Shown here: piece by piece, positions 1-13,200 of the stretch
Layout of the letters: each line of letters begins with the position of its first letter
Position numbering within the stretch: position 1 is the first letter of the stretch
Source: Mayamaea pseudoterrestris
Taxonomy: Eukaryota
Assembly (NCBI GenBank): GCA_027923505.1
Contig: BROI01000017.1
Coordinates: 124,001-188,000, forward strand
Length of the DNA stretch: 64,000 bases
Direction: 5' to 3'
The notes under the pieces: generated by a model
Seen by the model: the letters and a program-made list of their open reading frames with translations, nothing else
Told to the model about the DNA's origin: nothing
The model's database searches: none
Made by a program: the position numbers and the translations under genes

Positions 1-54
1 TGCAACTCACGCGCTTGCTTGCACTCTAACGTCCCTCGTCCCTCGCCCCAACAG

Positions 55-715
55 AGAGGAGCATATTCAGCGCAAGATTGATACAGTCGTCGTGGAAGCC
101 AAAGCGAAAATGGCCAAGGGAGACAAGAAAGGTACGAAAGGAAAGAATCATGAAAATGCAGCATGGATGCTTTACTTTACTGCCTATAATATTTGCGCGT
201 TTGACGGACGAGACGACGAGACTGACTCTTGATCATGCAATCTCTGTACAGGCGCTCTTGCATGCATGAAGCGCAAGAAAATGTTTGAAGCCGAGTATGA
301 CAAGATTCAAAACATCAAAATGACATTGGAGACGCAGGTGATTGGTTTGGAGTCGGCGGCACAGAATGCCGAAACCTTTAAAGCCATGGCGCAGGGAACG
401 AGTGCCATGCAAAAGATTAGAACCGAAATTGATGTTGATCAAGCAGAAGACATTATGGAAGGCGTACGAGAGGAGATGGAGCTGGCGGGCGAGATTAATC
501 TTGCCATTTCGGGAGCGGTTGACATGACAGATGAGGACGAGCTCATGGCGGAACTCAATGCGTTGGAGACGGCCGACCTGGAGGCTGAGCTACTTGCGCC
601 ACCAATGACTGGTTTGGAAACGCTACCGACGGTACCCGATTCGAAGATGCCAAAACTTGCAAAGAAGGAGGAGGATGACATGAAGGCGTTGGAAGCGGAG
701 TTGGCCGCGTTGTAG
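55..715 (+). CDS. SNF7: ESCRT-III SNF7/Vps32/CHMP4-family protein, 5'-partial; exons 55-131 and 252-715
   Basis: Splicing out GT..AG 132-251 gives ...EEHIQRKIDTVVVEAKAKMAKGDKKGALACMKRKKMFEAEYDKIQNIKMTLETQ...DEDELMAELNALE, a typical Snf7 pattern. The upstream acceptor (acag) ends at 54; earlier exons lie outside the window. Confidence 0.9.
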
Positions 716-925
716 ATGGACGACACTTGGTTGAAGTGACGCGAGTACGAGACGATCGGATGAGATTGAAACGGAATTGCTGCGTTTTGTAGACCATAGT
801 ATGATTAATTTGACCTTTTTATTATTATAAAAAGTCAAGTCTAATGATTTATTATATACATTTCACGTCTCAAGAGTCTACGCTCGGCAAAGAAATTCGA
901 TCCACTCCACGCCATTCACGCTGGC

Positions 926-2083
926 TCACGCCACGTATCCCTCATCCGCCAGCAGCACTTGCGCCATATTGCCTGGTGGACCATTATCTTGACTCCGCCA
1001 ATGGCTATTGTCATTGACAGCAGCAGATTCGTGGATAATCCCCAAATATGGATGCCAGGTCGCATGTACTTTGCGCGGAAGCAGCATGCTGGCGGCAATC
1101 CGCGACAGTTCAAACTGCGACGGCACAAACGGCGGCCGGGAAAGCTTCATGCCGACGCGCGAAATCTCCTTGAGCGTCAATGAACCTTTGCGTCCGTTGC
1201 AAATTTTGCAGCAGGCGACGCTGTTCTCCCAGTTCAAGCGTCCACCAAGGCATCGAGGCAAAACATGATCCAGCGAAAGATCCTTGCTATTGAATTGAAC
1301 GTTGCAGTATTGGCAGCGATACTCGTCTCGCAAAAAGACGTTTCGTTTCGTAAACGCCGGCGAATGCTTGTGCAAATATTTTTGCGTTGGAACATAGTCG
1401 CGCAAGGCAATCACCGAGGGAAGTCGCACGGCAACGTTGGCGGATCGAATGGTGATATTCGGATAAACGTCCACGACAGTCACCTTTTCCGCGAATACAG
1501 CCTTGACTGCTTCCTGCCAGTGCCAGAGACTCAGTGGCAAATATGACATTGGTTGGTAGTCGGCGTTCAATACCAAAACGGTGCGGCCGTCGAGGCTCTG
1601 CGTACAAGAGGTGCTTGAGGCAGCCGCTCCGCTGTAGTCCCCCTCCATTTTCATCTTTCGAAACAAATTGGAAGATCCGCGCAGATATTGCGAAACATGA
1701 AAGTCGGAAAATCCTTCTTCCGATGGATTTGCTGCATTGGATGAATCGACCCATTTCTTTTTGTTCTTTGGCCCATTCTTCTTTTTGGATCGAGGAGGCA
1801 ACGACGTAGACGGACGCTTACCGGAAGCTTGATTTGATTCATCATCTGTATTAATTGCTGATTGAGCTGCTTGAACAACAAGAGTAAGAAATAACTTGAG
1901 TTAACTCAATGTGCCTGGCGTCGGAATTGTTTCGAATGCAATTCAGTAGTGAAACGTACCAAGCAATTTCAATGTAGCGTCTCGCGGAGAGCTATGAGAC
2001 ACTTGAAACGCGTTCGCCACGCCTTGACTTGATAATTGGAGACTCATCATTGACATCAAGAAGAAAATGCCATTGTTCGTCAT
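926..2083 (-). CDS. HNH endonuclease (McrA-like, Zn-binding) with predicted bipartite plastid presequence; exons 2083-1960 and 1869-926
   Basis: Motifs VLVLNADYQP, FTKRNVFLRDEYRCQYC, DHVLPRCLGG and NSVACCKICNGRKG. The ORF-track start is a TTG. An in-frame 90-bp GT..AG intron (1959-1870; a NAGNAG acceptor 3 nt further on is also in frame) joins exon 1, MTNNGIFFLMSMMSLQLSSQGVANAFQV... Confidence 0.85.
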
Positions 2084-2562
2084 GGTCGCTGCAGTCGGAG
2101 AATCTCGGAACGGAATCTGAATCCAAAATAAAGTTTGCCAAAAAAATTTCGCAAGCAATCTGCTGGCGTCTCTGTGAAACAAGTCCTTCCAGCAGCTCCT
2201 TCCAATATCACTACTACTAGTTGCAAAGCTATTACAGCACTAGTAGACGTCGACACTTGAAGAAACAGCTTGTTGGCGTCTTCGACGAGGCCGAACAAGA
2301 TCCGAAGGAACTTGCGAACAATCTCGATGAGCCCTCGTGACGTGTCCCGGTGAGTCGTGATACGACAGCAGCTAGCTACTGCTAGCCAGAAGCTTCCTCA
2401 TCACATTTAATCTTGTGATCTAACCAACAGTTTGACCATCCATATGACCAGATTATGGTTGAACTAGTTGTTAATGAGTGCGCTCTGCTCTGAAGTACCA
2501 GAGGCTGATGGCTTTAAGCTATTTTTCAAATCCACAGTTAGCAGGCACACTCCATACCTAAA

Positions 2563-2859
2563 TTAGCCTAATTGGGATCTGCCGCTCTGCTGCAGGCTCA
2601 TCTTCATCTCCTCCAATAGCATTGCTTTAAACATGCTGAGCATCTTCTTGGCGTCATTCTGAATATCAAACTCTTCCGCTAGCTCCGTGTGATTGCGAAT
2701 CGTCCGCAAGAGCAGCTCGGGATCGGTTGAATCGCACAACAACCCCAATCGCTTTTCGTTCTTTCCTGCGCCATTAACCACATACAATTTCGCCACTTTC
2801 TTCGCTTGGAAATCAACGCGAGGGATCAACGGGATTGGCGCTTGCGTCTCCATGACCAA
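2563..2859 (-). CDS. Hypothetical 98-aa ORF, possibly a gene fragment or transposon remnant
   Basis: Open frame with protein-like composition at the edge of the repeat domain; no recognised motif. Confidence 0.25.
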   Translation of the reverse strand: MVMETQAPIPLIPRVDFQAKKVAKLYVVNGAGKNEKRLGLLCDSTDPELLLRTIRNHTELAEEFDIQNDAKKMLSMFKAMLLEEMKMSLQQSGRSQLG

Positions 2860-3072
2860 GATTGTCGTCTATCTGCATGCAGAGTGCTACACCTAGTCAT
2901 GAGACGTAAAGGTCATAGGCAAAACGTGCAATTATAATGTATGCCATGGGCTCAACCGTCGGGACCGTTCGGAAGAATATCGGCGGGCCTCGGTGTCTCT
3001 CCTAAGACTCACTGGTCCGGCAGTCGGCTCCTTTACTCCTAGCTAAACGAGTACCGTTGCGTCATAATCTTT

Positions 3073-3711
3073 CATAGCCAAACAGGATTGATGGAACAAG
3101 ACTACAATTGGGGGTATATCTGGAAGGCCATGCACTATAGCACCATGGAGCTGGTTCCTGTGTGGATGTCTTATATGCCCTCCCATACCATAGCTGCTAA
3201 AAATCAGCTATGGATGATTTTTATGCACCAATCTCATCGCAAGCATGTCCCCAAGCATAGCCTAACAGGATTGATGGAGCAAGACAACAATTAGGGTAAT
3301 GTTTGGATGCCATGCACTGTAGCACCATGAAGCTGGTTCCTGTGTGGATGGCTGGATTGCCCTCCCATACCATAAATGCTAGGAATCAGCTATGGATGAT
3401 ATTTATGCATCAATCTCACCGCAAGCACGTCCCCAAGCATAGCCAAACATGATTGATGGAGCAAGACTACAATGGGCGGGTAGGTTTGGAAGGCCATGCA
3501 CTGTAGCACCATGGAGCTGGTACCTGTGTGGATATCTGGATTGCCCTCCCACACCGTAGCTGCTAGGAATCAGCTATGGATGAATTTCTGCACCAATCTC
3601 ACCGCAAGCATGTCCCCAAGCATAGCCAAATGGAATTGATGGAGTAAGACTACAATTGGGGGTAGATTTGGAAGGCCATGCACTGTAGCACCATGGAGCT
3701 GGTTCCTTTGT
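3073..3711. repeat. Tandem repeat family C, about 183-bp unit, about 3.5 copies
   Basis: 'catagcc(a/t)aa...gattgatgga' recurs at 3073, 3256, 3438 and 3621 (spacing 183, 182, 183). Confidence 0.9.
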
Positions 3712-4180
3712 GAATTGCCCCTATAACATGCCCTGCATAAGCCCGAATCACACCAGAATGGTGCCAACATCATTATTCAGTCTGCGCTACAAGATGGCAT
3801 GCCTGGCTGGTGTCTCAGTAGACTGCAATGTGACTGGTGAGAAATTCTCACCAGTCTCAGCCCACAGATGCTGTGACGTATAATTGCCCCTATAACATGC
3901 CCTGTATACACCCAAATTACACCAGAATGGTGCCAACATCATTATTCAGCTTGCGCTACAAGAAAAACTGCCTGGCTGGTCCCTCAGTAGACGGCATTGT
4001 GACTGTTGACAACTTGTCACCAGTCTCAGCCAGCAGATGCTGTTATTTTCAAATGCCCTACCTAGAGCCATGTGCATGCCCAAATCAAGCCAGAATGGTG
4101 CTAACATCCTTATTGCAGGTGCGCTACAAGAAAATTTGCCTGGCTTGTCCCTTAGTAGACTGCAATGTGATTGGTGACAG
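3712..4180 (+). repeat. Diverged monomers (about 2.8) of the 169-bp satellite, inverted relative to the main array
   Basis: 'accagaatggtgccaacatcattattcag...gcgctacaagatgg...ggctggtgtctcag' is the reverse complement of the main monomer. Confidence 0.9.
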
Positions 4181-4539
4181 CTAACCAATATGTTGGTTAA
4201 AGATGGCAATGCTTCAAATGATGGGTCGGCCAAAGTTCTCTGCCTTTTGGTTGTGGAAGGAATTTTTTAAGAGTTTCTTTTACTAGCCTGGCAGGTACCA
4301 ATCTTACATGACATACACGATCAAAGCCTACATTATATGCTAGCTTACAATCATCAAATCTGTACTAGTATACGAGTTTGCTGCAGAGTACTACCGGTAG
4401 GATATGGACCGGGAGTCGAAGGATTGGATAGTGCCTATGGTAGCAGCGCGTCGGCCAAAAAGTACTACCGGTAGCCACTATCATCTTTTTAGCAACCTTA
4501 CACTATCTGAGCCTGGATGCAAATTGTGAGTTCACAGTC

Positions 4540-7210
4540 AAGTACCTACCTGTTCCTTTTACACTAATCACCAGGGTAAGTTTGAGTTGGGTGGTGGCTG
4601 GCAGGGAAATGTTTACAGTCAATGAAACACACTCAATAGCCCTAGCCATGTGCCAGCCAGCTTCAATCTGAGTCTCTTCGGTTGCTAGGCTTTGATCCCG
4701 AAACTTTGAGCAATCAGTTACAGCGCTGGGAGCAGTATGTAGCGCAATGATTTGCAGCAGCAATCTCACAATGGTACTAACCAGTAATGCTGCAGAGTGA
4801 GGCCGACGTAATATGTACGTCTGGCGGTTGCTCGCAACGGTGCGCGTTCGTACACGCAGGATGCCATCTGTCGTGGTTTTACCTTCAAACTACCTCCAGA
4901 AAACGCCAGGAATGTTGTGGTTCGGCATGAGTTGGGTGGTGCTGTGCTGCAGGAAAATGAGATAAAACACACTCAACAGCGCATAAGCCATGTGCCAGCT
5001 CAGCTTCATCTCAGGAGTGTTCATAGACTGGACTAGGAAGATGTAAATGCCTTACCGGCAAGGCCATGTTCTACGGATGCAGACGATGTGCATATATTTC
5101 CACGACCACTGGTACCTTCAAACCCTCGGACGAATGACAACTGGGAGGTCGGAGTACGACAGGTAATTTACCGCATGTATGAAATCAACAATAGCCATGC
5201 CAGCGCCATGCTTCATGAGTCTCGCGGTCGCGACGCATTCATAAGGATGCAGGATGTGCAATCCATTCAATGGTATACCTACAACTCCTCCAGTAAAATG
5301 GCCGGGGTTGGGTGAGGTTTGGTAATGGCTGGCAGACACAACAATTTCAGCTATTCAAACACACTCAATAGCCATAGCCCCGGGCCATCCAGCTTCAATA
5401 TGAGTCTCTGCGGTTGCTAGGCATGCACATAGGATGCAGGATGTGCAATCTAATCAATGGTGTACCATTAAACCCTCCAGAAAAATGACTGGGGTTGGGT
5501 ACAGCAACGTTTTCAGCTATTCAAATACAAACACACTCACTAGCCATGAGCCAGCCTGCTTCAATATGAGTCTCTGCGGTTGCTAGGCATGCATAAAGGA
5601 TGTAGGATGTGCAATCCATTCCATGGTTTACCTTCACACCCTCCAGTAAAATGACCGGGGTTGGGTTTTCAGCTATTCAAATACAAACACACTCACTAGC
5701 CATGAGCCAGCCTGCTTCAATATGAGTCTCTGCGGTTGCTAGGCATGCATAAAGGATGTAGGATGTGCAATCCATTCCATGGTTTACCTTCACACCCTCC
5801 AGTAAAATGACCGGGGTTGGGTATGGTTTGGTGGTGGCTGGCAGGCACAACGGTTTCAGCTATTCAGACACACTCAATAGCCATAGCCATGTGCCAGCAA
5901 GCTTCAATCTGAGTCTCTGCGGTTGCTAGGCATGGAATAAATATGCAGGATGTGCAATCCATTCAATGGTATACCTTCAAACCCTCCAGAAAAATGACTG
6001 GGGTTGGGTTCAGCAACAGTTTCAGCTATTCAGATACAAACACACTCAATAGCCATAGCCATGAGCCAGCCAGCTTCAATATGAGTCTCTGCAGTTGCAA
6101 GGCATGGAATATGAATGTAGGATGTGCAATCTGTTCGAATGGTATACCTTTACACCCTCCAGTAAAATGACCGGGGTTGGGTGGGGTTTGGTGGTCAGCA
6201 GGCACATTGGTTTTAGCTATTCAAACACACTCAATTGCCATATCCATGTACCAGCCAGCTTCAATACGAGTCTCTGCGGTTGCTAGGCATGCATAAAGGA
6301 TACAGGATGTGCAATCCATTCAAGGGTATACCTACAACTTCTCTCCAGTAATATGACCGGGGTTGGGTTCGGCATGGGTCCAGCTACTCAAATATAAACA
6401 CACTCAATAGCCATAGCCACATGCCAGCCAGCTTCAATCTGAGTCTCTGCGGTTGCTAGGCAAGCATAAAGGATGCAGGATGTGCAATCCATTCAACGGT
6501 ACACCTTCAAACCCTCCAGTAAAATGACCGGGGTTGGGTTCAGCCATGGTTTCAGCTATTCAAATACAAACACACTCAATAGACATAACCATGAGCCAGC
6601 CTGCTTCAATATGAGTCTCTGCGGTTGCTAGGCATGCATAAAGGATGTAGGATTTGCAATCCGCTCAATGGTTTACCTTCACACCCTCCAGTAAAATGAC
6701 CATGGTTGGGTGGGGTTAGGTGGTGGCTGGCAGGCACATTGGCGTCAGCTATCCAAACACACTCAATAGCCATAGCCATGGGCCATCCAGATTCAATATG
6801 AGTCTCTGCGGTTACTAGGCATGCATAAAGGATACAGGATGTGCAATCCATTCAATGGTATTCCTACACCTCCTCCAGTAAAATGACTTGGGTTGGGTTC
6901 GGCATGGGTCTAGCTACTCAAATATAAACACACTCAATAGCCATAGCCACATGCCAGCCAGCTTTAATCTTAATCTCTGCGGTTGCTAGGCATGCATAAA
7001 GGATGCAGGATGTGCAATCCATTCAATGGTATACCCTCAAACCCTCCACTAAAATGACCGGTGTTGGGTTCAGCCTTGGTTTCAGCTATTCAAATACAAA
7101 CACACTCAATAGCCATGTCCATGGGCCAGCCTGCTTCAATATGAGTCTTATGAGTCTCTACGGTTGCTAGGTATGAATTAAAGATCTTGGATGTGCAATC
7201 CATTCAATGG
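4540..7210. repeat. Tandem repeat family B with long (about 187 bp) and short (about 156-173 bp) units; degenerate over about 4540-5250
   Basis: The anchor 'gcaatc' has its c at 5259, 5446, 5612, 5768, 5955, 6127, 6312, 6485, 6657, 6844, 7015 and 7196. Shared core: 'cttcaatatgagtctctgcggttgctaggcatgcata'. Confidence 0.92.
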
Positions 7211-10200
7211 GGCTTGCTGTAGGGCGTATGATTGTCACGGCATCTGTGGGCTGAGACTGGTGACAAGTTGTCACCAAATACATTGCCATCCCCTGAGACA
7301 CCAGCCAAGCCTACCATCTTGTAGCGCAGCTTGAATATTGAAGTTGGCACCATTCTGGTGTATTTTGGGCACCTACAGGGCTTGCTGTAGGGGCGTTTGA
7401 ATGTCACAGCATCTGCGGGTTGAGACTGGTGACAAGTTGTCACCAAATACATTGCCATCCCCTGAGACACCAGCCAAGCCTACCATCTTGTAGCGCAGCT
7501 TGAATAATGATGTTGGCACCATTCTGGTGTATTTTAGGCACCTACAGGGTTTGCTGTAGGGCGTTTGAATGTCACGGCATCTGTTTGCTGAGACTGGTGA
7601 CAAGTTGTCACCAAATACATTGCCATCCCCTGAGACACCAGCCAAGCCTACCATCTTGTAGCACAGCTTGAATAATGAAGTTGGCACCAATCTGGTGTAT
7701 TTTGGGCACCTACAGGGCTTGCTGTAGGGGCGTTTGAATGTCACGGCATCTGCGTGCTGAGACTGGTGACAAGTTGTCACCAAATACATTGTTATCCCCT
7801 GAGACACCAGCCAAGCCTACCATCTTGTAGCGCAGCCTGAATAATGTAGTTGGCACCATTCTATTGTATTTTGGGCACCTACAGGGCTTGCTGTAGGGGG
7901 GTTTGAATATCATGGCATCTGCGGGCTGAGACTGGTGACAAGTTGTCACCAAATACATTGTTATCCCCTGAGACACCAGCCAAACCTACCATCTTGTAGC
8001 ACAGCCAGAATAATGCTGTTGGCACCATTCTGGTGTATTTTGGGCACCTACAGGGCTTGCTGTAGGGGCGTTTGATTGTCACGGCATCTGCGGTCTGAGA
8101 CTGGTGACAAGTTGTCACCAAATACATTGCCATCCCCTGAGACACCAGCCAAGCCTACCATCTTGTAGCGCAGCTGGAATAATGATGTTGGCACCATTCT
8201 GGTGTACTTTAGGCACCTACATGGCTTGCTGTAGGGGCGTTTGAATGTCACGGCATCTGCGGGTTGAGACTCAAGTCCCATCCCCTGAGACACAGCCAGC
8301 TGTAGCGCAGCTTGAAATGATGTTGGCACCATTCTGGTGATGGCACCCACCTACAAGTTGTCACCAAATACATTGCCATCCCCTGAGACACCAGCCAAGC
8401 CTACCATCTTGTAGCGCAGCCTGAATAATGATGTTGGCACCTTTCTGGTGTACTTTGGGCTACTACAGGGCTTGCTGTAGGGGCGTATGATTGTCACGGC
8501 ATCTGTTTGCTGAGACTGGTGACAAGTTGTCACCAAATACATTGCCATCCCATGAGACACCAGCCAAGCCTACCATCTTGTAGCGCAGCCTGAAAAATGA
8601 AGTTGGCACCATTCTGGTGTATTTTGGGCACCTACAGGGCATGCTGTAGGGGCGTTTGAATGTCACGGCATCTGTAGGCTGAGACTGGTGACAAGTTGTC
8701 ACCAAATACATTGCCATCCCCTGAGAAACCAGCCAAGCTGACCATCTTGTAGCGCAGCTGGAATAATGATGTTGGCACCATTCTGGTGTATTTTGGGCAC
8801 CTACAGGGCTTGCTGTAGGGGCGTTTGAATGTCACGGCATCTGCGGGTTGAGACTGGTGACAAGTTGTCACCAAATACATTGCCATCCCCTGAGACACCA
8901 GCCAAGCCTACCATCTTGTAGCGCAGCCTGAATAATGATGTTGGCACCATTCTGGTGTATTTTGGGCACCTACAGGGCTTGCTGTAGGGGCGTTTGAATG
9001 TCACGGCATCTGCGGGCTGAGACTGGTGACAAGTTGTCACCAAATACATTGCCATCCCCTGAGACACCAGCCAAGCCTACCATCTTGTAGCGCAGCCTGA
9101 ATAATGATGTTGGCACCATTCTGGTGTATTTTGGGCACCTACAGGGCTTGCTGTAGGGGCGTTTGAATGTCACGGCATCTGCGGGCTGAGACTGGTGACA
9201 AGTTGTCACCAAATACATTGCCATCCCCTGAGACACCAGCCAAGCCTACCATCTTGTAGCGCAGCCTGAATAATGATGTTGGCACCATTCTGGTGTATTT
9301 TGGGCACCTACAGGGCTTGCTGTAGGGCGTTTGAATGTCACGGCATCTGCGGGCTGAGACTGGTGACAAGTTGTCACCAAATACATTGCCATCCCCTGAG
9401 ACACCAGCCAAGCCTACCATCTTGTAGCGCAGCCTGAATAATGATGTTGGCACCATTCTGGTGTATTTTGGGCACCTACAGGGCTTGCTGTAGGGGCGTT
9501 TGAATGTCACGGCATCTGCGGGCTGAGACTGGTGACAAGTTGTCACCAAATACATTGCCATCCCCTGAGACACCAGCCAAGCCTACCATCTTGTAGCGCA
9601 GCCTGAATAATGAAGTTGGCACCATTCTGGTGTATTTTGGGCACCTACAGGGCTTGCTGTAGGGGCGTTTGAATGTCACGGCATCTGTGGGCTGAGACTG
9701 GTGACAAGTTGTCACCAAATACATTGCCATCCCCTGAGACACCAGCCAAGCCTACCATCTTGTAGCGCAGCCTGAATAATGATGTTGGCACCATTCTGGT
9801 GTATTTTGGGCACCTACAGGGCTTGCTGTAGGGGCGTTTGAATGTCACGGCATCTGCGGGCTGAGACTGGTGACAAGTTGTCACCAAATACATTGCCATC
9901 CCCTGAGACACCAGCCAAGCCTACCATCTTGTAGCGCAGCCTGAATAATGATGTTGGCACCATTCTGGTGTATTTTGGGCACCTACAGGGCTTGCTGTAG
10001 GGGCGTTTGAATGTCACGGCATCTGCAGGCTGAGACTGGTGACAAGTTGTCACCAAATACATTGCCATCCCCTGAGACACCAGCCAAGCCTACCATCTTG
10101 TAGCGCAGCCTGAATAATGATGTTGGCACCACATGGCATCCGCTATGACACACCCTACGCTGAATATGATGTTGGCACCATTCTGGTGTATTTTGGGCAC

Positions 10201-13200
10201 CTACAGGGCATGCTGTAGGGGCGTTTGAATGTCACGGCATCTGCAGGCTGAGACTGGTGACAAGTTGTCACCAAATACATTGCCATCCCCTGAGACACCA
10301 GCCAAGCCTACCATCTTGTAGCGCAGCCTGAATAATGATGTTGGCACCATTCTGGTGTATTTTGGGCACCTACAGGGCTTGCTGTAGGGGCGTTTGAATG
10401 TCACGGCATCTGCGGGCTGAGACTGGTGACAAGTTGTCACCAAATACATTGCCATCCCCTGAGACACCAGCCAAGCCTGCCATCTTGTAGCGCAGCCTGA
10501 ATAATGATGTTGGCACCATTCTGGTGTATGTTGGGTACCTACAGGGCATGTTGTAGGGGCGGTTGAATGTCTCGGCATGTGCGGGCTGAGACTGGTGACA
10601 AGTTGTCACCAAATACATTGCCATCCCCTGAGACACCAGCCAAGCCTACCATCTTGTAGCGCAGCCTGAATAATGATGTTGGCACCATTCTGGTGTATTT
10701 TGGGCACCTACAGGGCTTGCTGTAGGGGCATTTGAATGTCACGGCATCTGCAGGCTGAGACTGGTGACAAGTTGTCACCAAATACATTGCCATCCCCTGA
10801 GACACCATCCAAGCCTACCATCTTGTAGCGCAGCCTGAATAATGATGTTGGCACCATTCTGGTGTATTTTGGGCACCTACAGGGCTTGCTGTAGGGGCAT
10901 TTGAATGTCACGGCATCTGCGGGCTGAGACTGGTGACAAGTTGTCACCAAATACATTGCCATCCCCTGAGACACCAGCCAAGCCTACCATCTTGTAGCGC
11001 AGCCTGAATAATGATGTTGGCACCATTCTGGTGTATTTTGGGCACCTACAGGGCTTGCTGTAGGGGCGTTTGAATGTCACGGCATCTGCTGGCTGAGACT
11101 GGTGACAAGTTGTCACCAAATACATTGCCATCCCCTGAGACACCAGCCAAGCCTACCATCTTGTAGCGCAGCCTGAATAATGATGTTGGCACCATTCTGG
11201 TGTATTTTGGGCACCTACAGGGCTTGCTGTAGGGGCGTTTGAATGTCACGGCATCTGCGGGCTGAGACTGGTGACAAGTTGTCAGTTGTCACCAAATACA
11301 TTGCCATCCCCTGAGACACCAGCCAAGCCTGCCATCTTGTAGCGCAGCCTGAATAATGATTTTGGCACCATTCTGGTGTATTTTGGGCACCTACAGGGCT
11401 TGCTGTAGGGGCGTTTGAATGTCTCGGCATATGCGGGCTGAGACTGGTGACAAGTTGTCACCAAATACATTGCCATCCCCTGAGACAGCAGCCAAGCCTA
11501 CCATCTTGTAGCGCAGCCTGAAAAAAGATGTTGGCACCATTCTGGTGTATGTTGGGTACCTACAGGGCATGTTGTAGGGGCGTTTGAATGTCTCGGCATC
11601 TGTGGGCTGAGACTGGTGACAAGTTGTCACCAAATACATTGCCATCCCCTGAGACACCAGCCAAGCCTACCATCTTGTAGCGCAGCCTGAATAATGATGT
11701 TGGCACCATTCTGGTGTATTTTGGGCACCTACAGGGCTTGCTGTAGGGGCGTTTGAATGTCACGGCATCTGCGGACTGAGACTGGTGACAAGTTGTCACA
11801 AATACATTGCCATCCCCTGAGACAACAGCCAAGCCTACCATCTTGTAGCGCAGCCTGAATAATGATTTTGGCACCATTCTGGTGTATGTTGGGCACCTAC
11901 AGGTCTTGCTGTAGGGGCGTTTGAATGTCTCGGCATCTGCGGGCTGAGACTGGTGACAAGTTGTCACCAAATACATTGCCATCCCCTGAGACACCAGCCA
12001 AGCCTGCCATCTTGTAGCGCAGCCTGAATAATGATGTTGGCACCATTCTGGTGTATTTTGGGCACCTACAGGGCTTGCTGTAGGGGCGTTTGAATGTCTC
12101 GGCATATGCGGGCTGAGACTGGTGACAAGTTGTCACCAAATACATTGCCATCCCCTGAGACACCAGCCAAGCCTACCATCTTGTAGCGCAGCCTGAATAA
12201 TGATGTTGGCACCATTCTGGTGTATGTTGGGCACCTACAGGGCTTGCTGTAGGGGCGTTTGAATGTCACGGCATCTGTGGGCTGAGACTGGTGACAAGTT
12301 GTCACCAAATACATTGCCATCCCCTGAGACACCAGCCAAGCCTACCATCTTGTAGCGCAGCCTGAATAATGATGTTGGCACCATTCTGGTGTAAATTGGG
12401 CACCTACAGGGCTTGCTGTAGGGGCATTTATATGTCACGGCCTCTGCGGGCTGAGACTGGTGACAAGTTGTCACCAAATACATTGCCATCCCCTGAGACA
12501 CCAGCCAAGCCTACCATCTTGTAGCGCAGCCTGAATAATGATGTTGGCACCATTCTGGTGTATTTTGGGCACCTACAGGGCTTGCTGTAGGGGCGTTTGA
12601 TTGTCACGGCATCTGCGGTGGACTCTGGTGACAAGTTGTCACCAAATACATTGCCATCCCCTGAGACACCAGCCAAGCCTACCATCTTGTAGCGCAGCCT
12701 GAATAATGATGTTGGCACCATTCTGGTGTATTTTGGGCACCTACAGGGCTTGCTGTAGGGGCATTTGAATGTCACGGCATCTGCGGGCTGAGACTGGTGA
12801 CAAGTTGTCACCAAATACATTGCCATCCCCTGAGACACCAGCCAAGCCTACCATCTTGTAGCGCAGCCTGAATAATGATGTTGGCACCATTCTGGTGTAT
12901 TTTGGGCACCTACAGGGCTTGCTGTAGGGGCGTTTGAATGTCACGGCATCTGCAGGCTGAGACTGGTGACAAGTTGTCACCAAATACATTGCCATCCCCT
13001 GAGACACCATTCAAGCCAACCATCTTGTAGCGCAGCCTGAATAAGGATGTTGGAACCATTCTGGTATTTTTGGGCACCTACAGGGCTTGCTGTAGGGGCA
13101 TTTGAATGTCACGGCATCTGCGGGCTGAGACTGGTGACAAGTTGTCACCAAATACATTGCCATCCCCTGAGACACCAGCCAAGCCTACCATCTTGTAGCG

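Noticed and set aside
8265..8355. Shortened, scrambled monomers (also about 10130-10170)
   Set aside because: Local bursts of indels in an otherwise clean array look like consensus errors and cannot be interpreted without reads.
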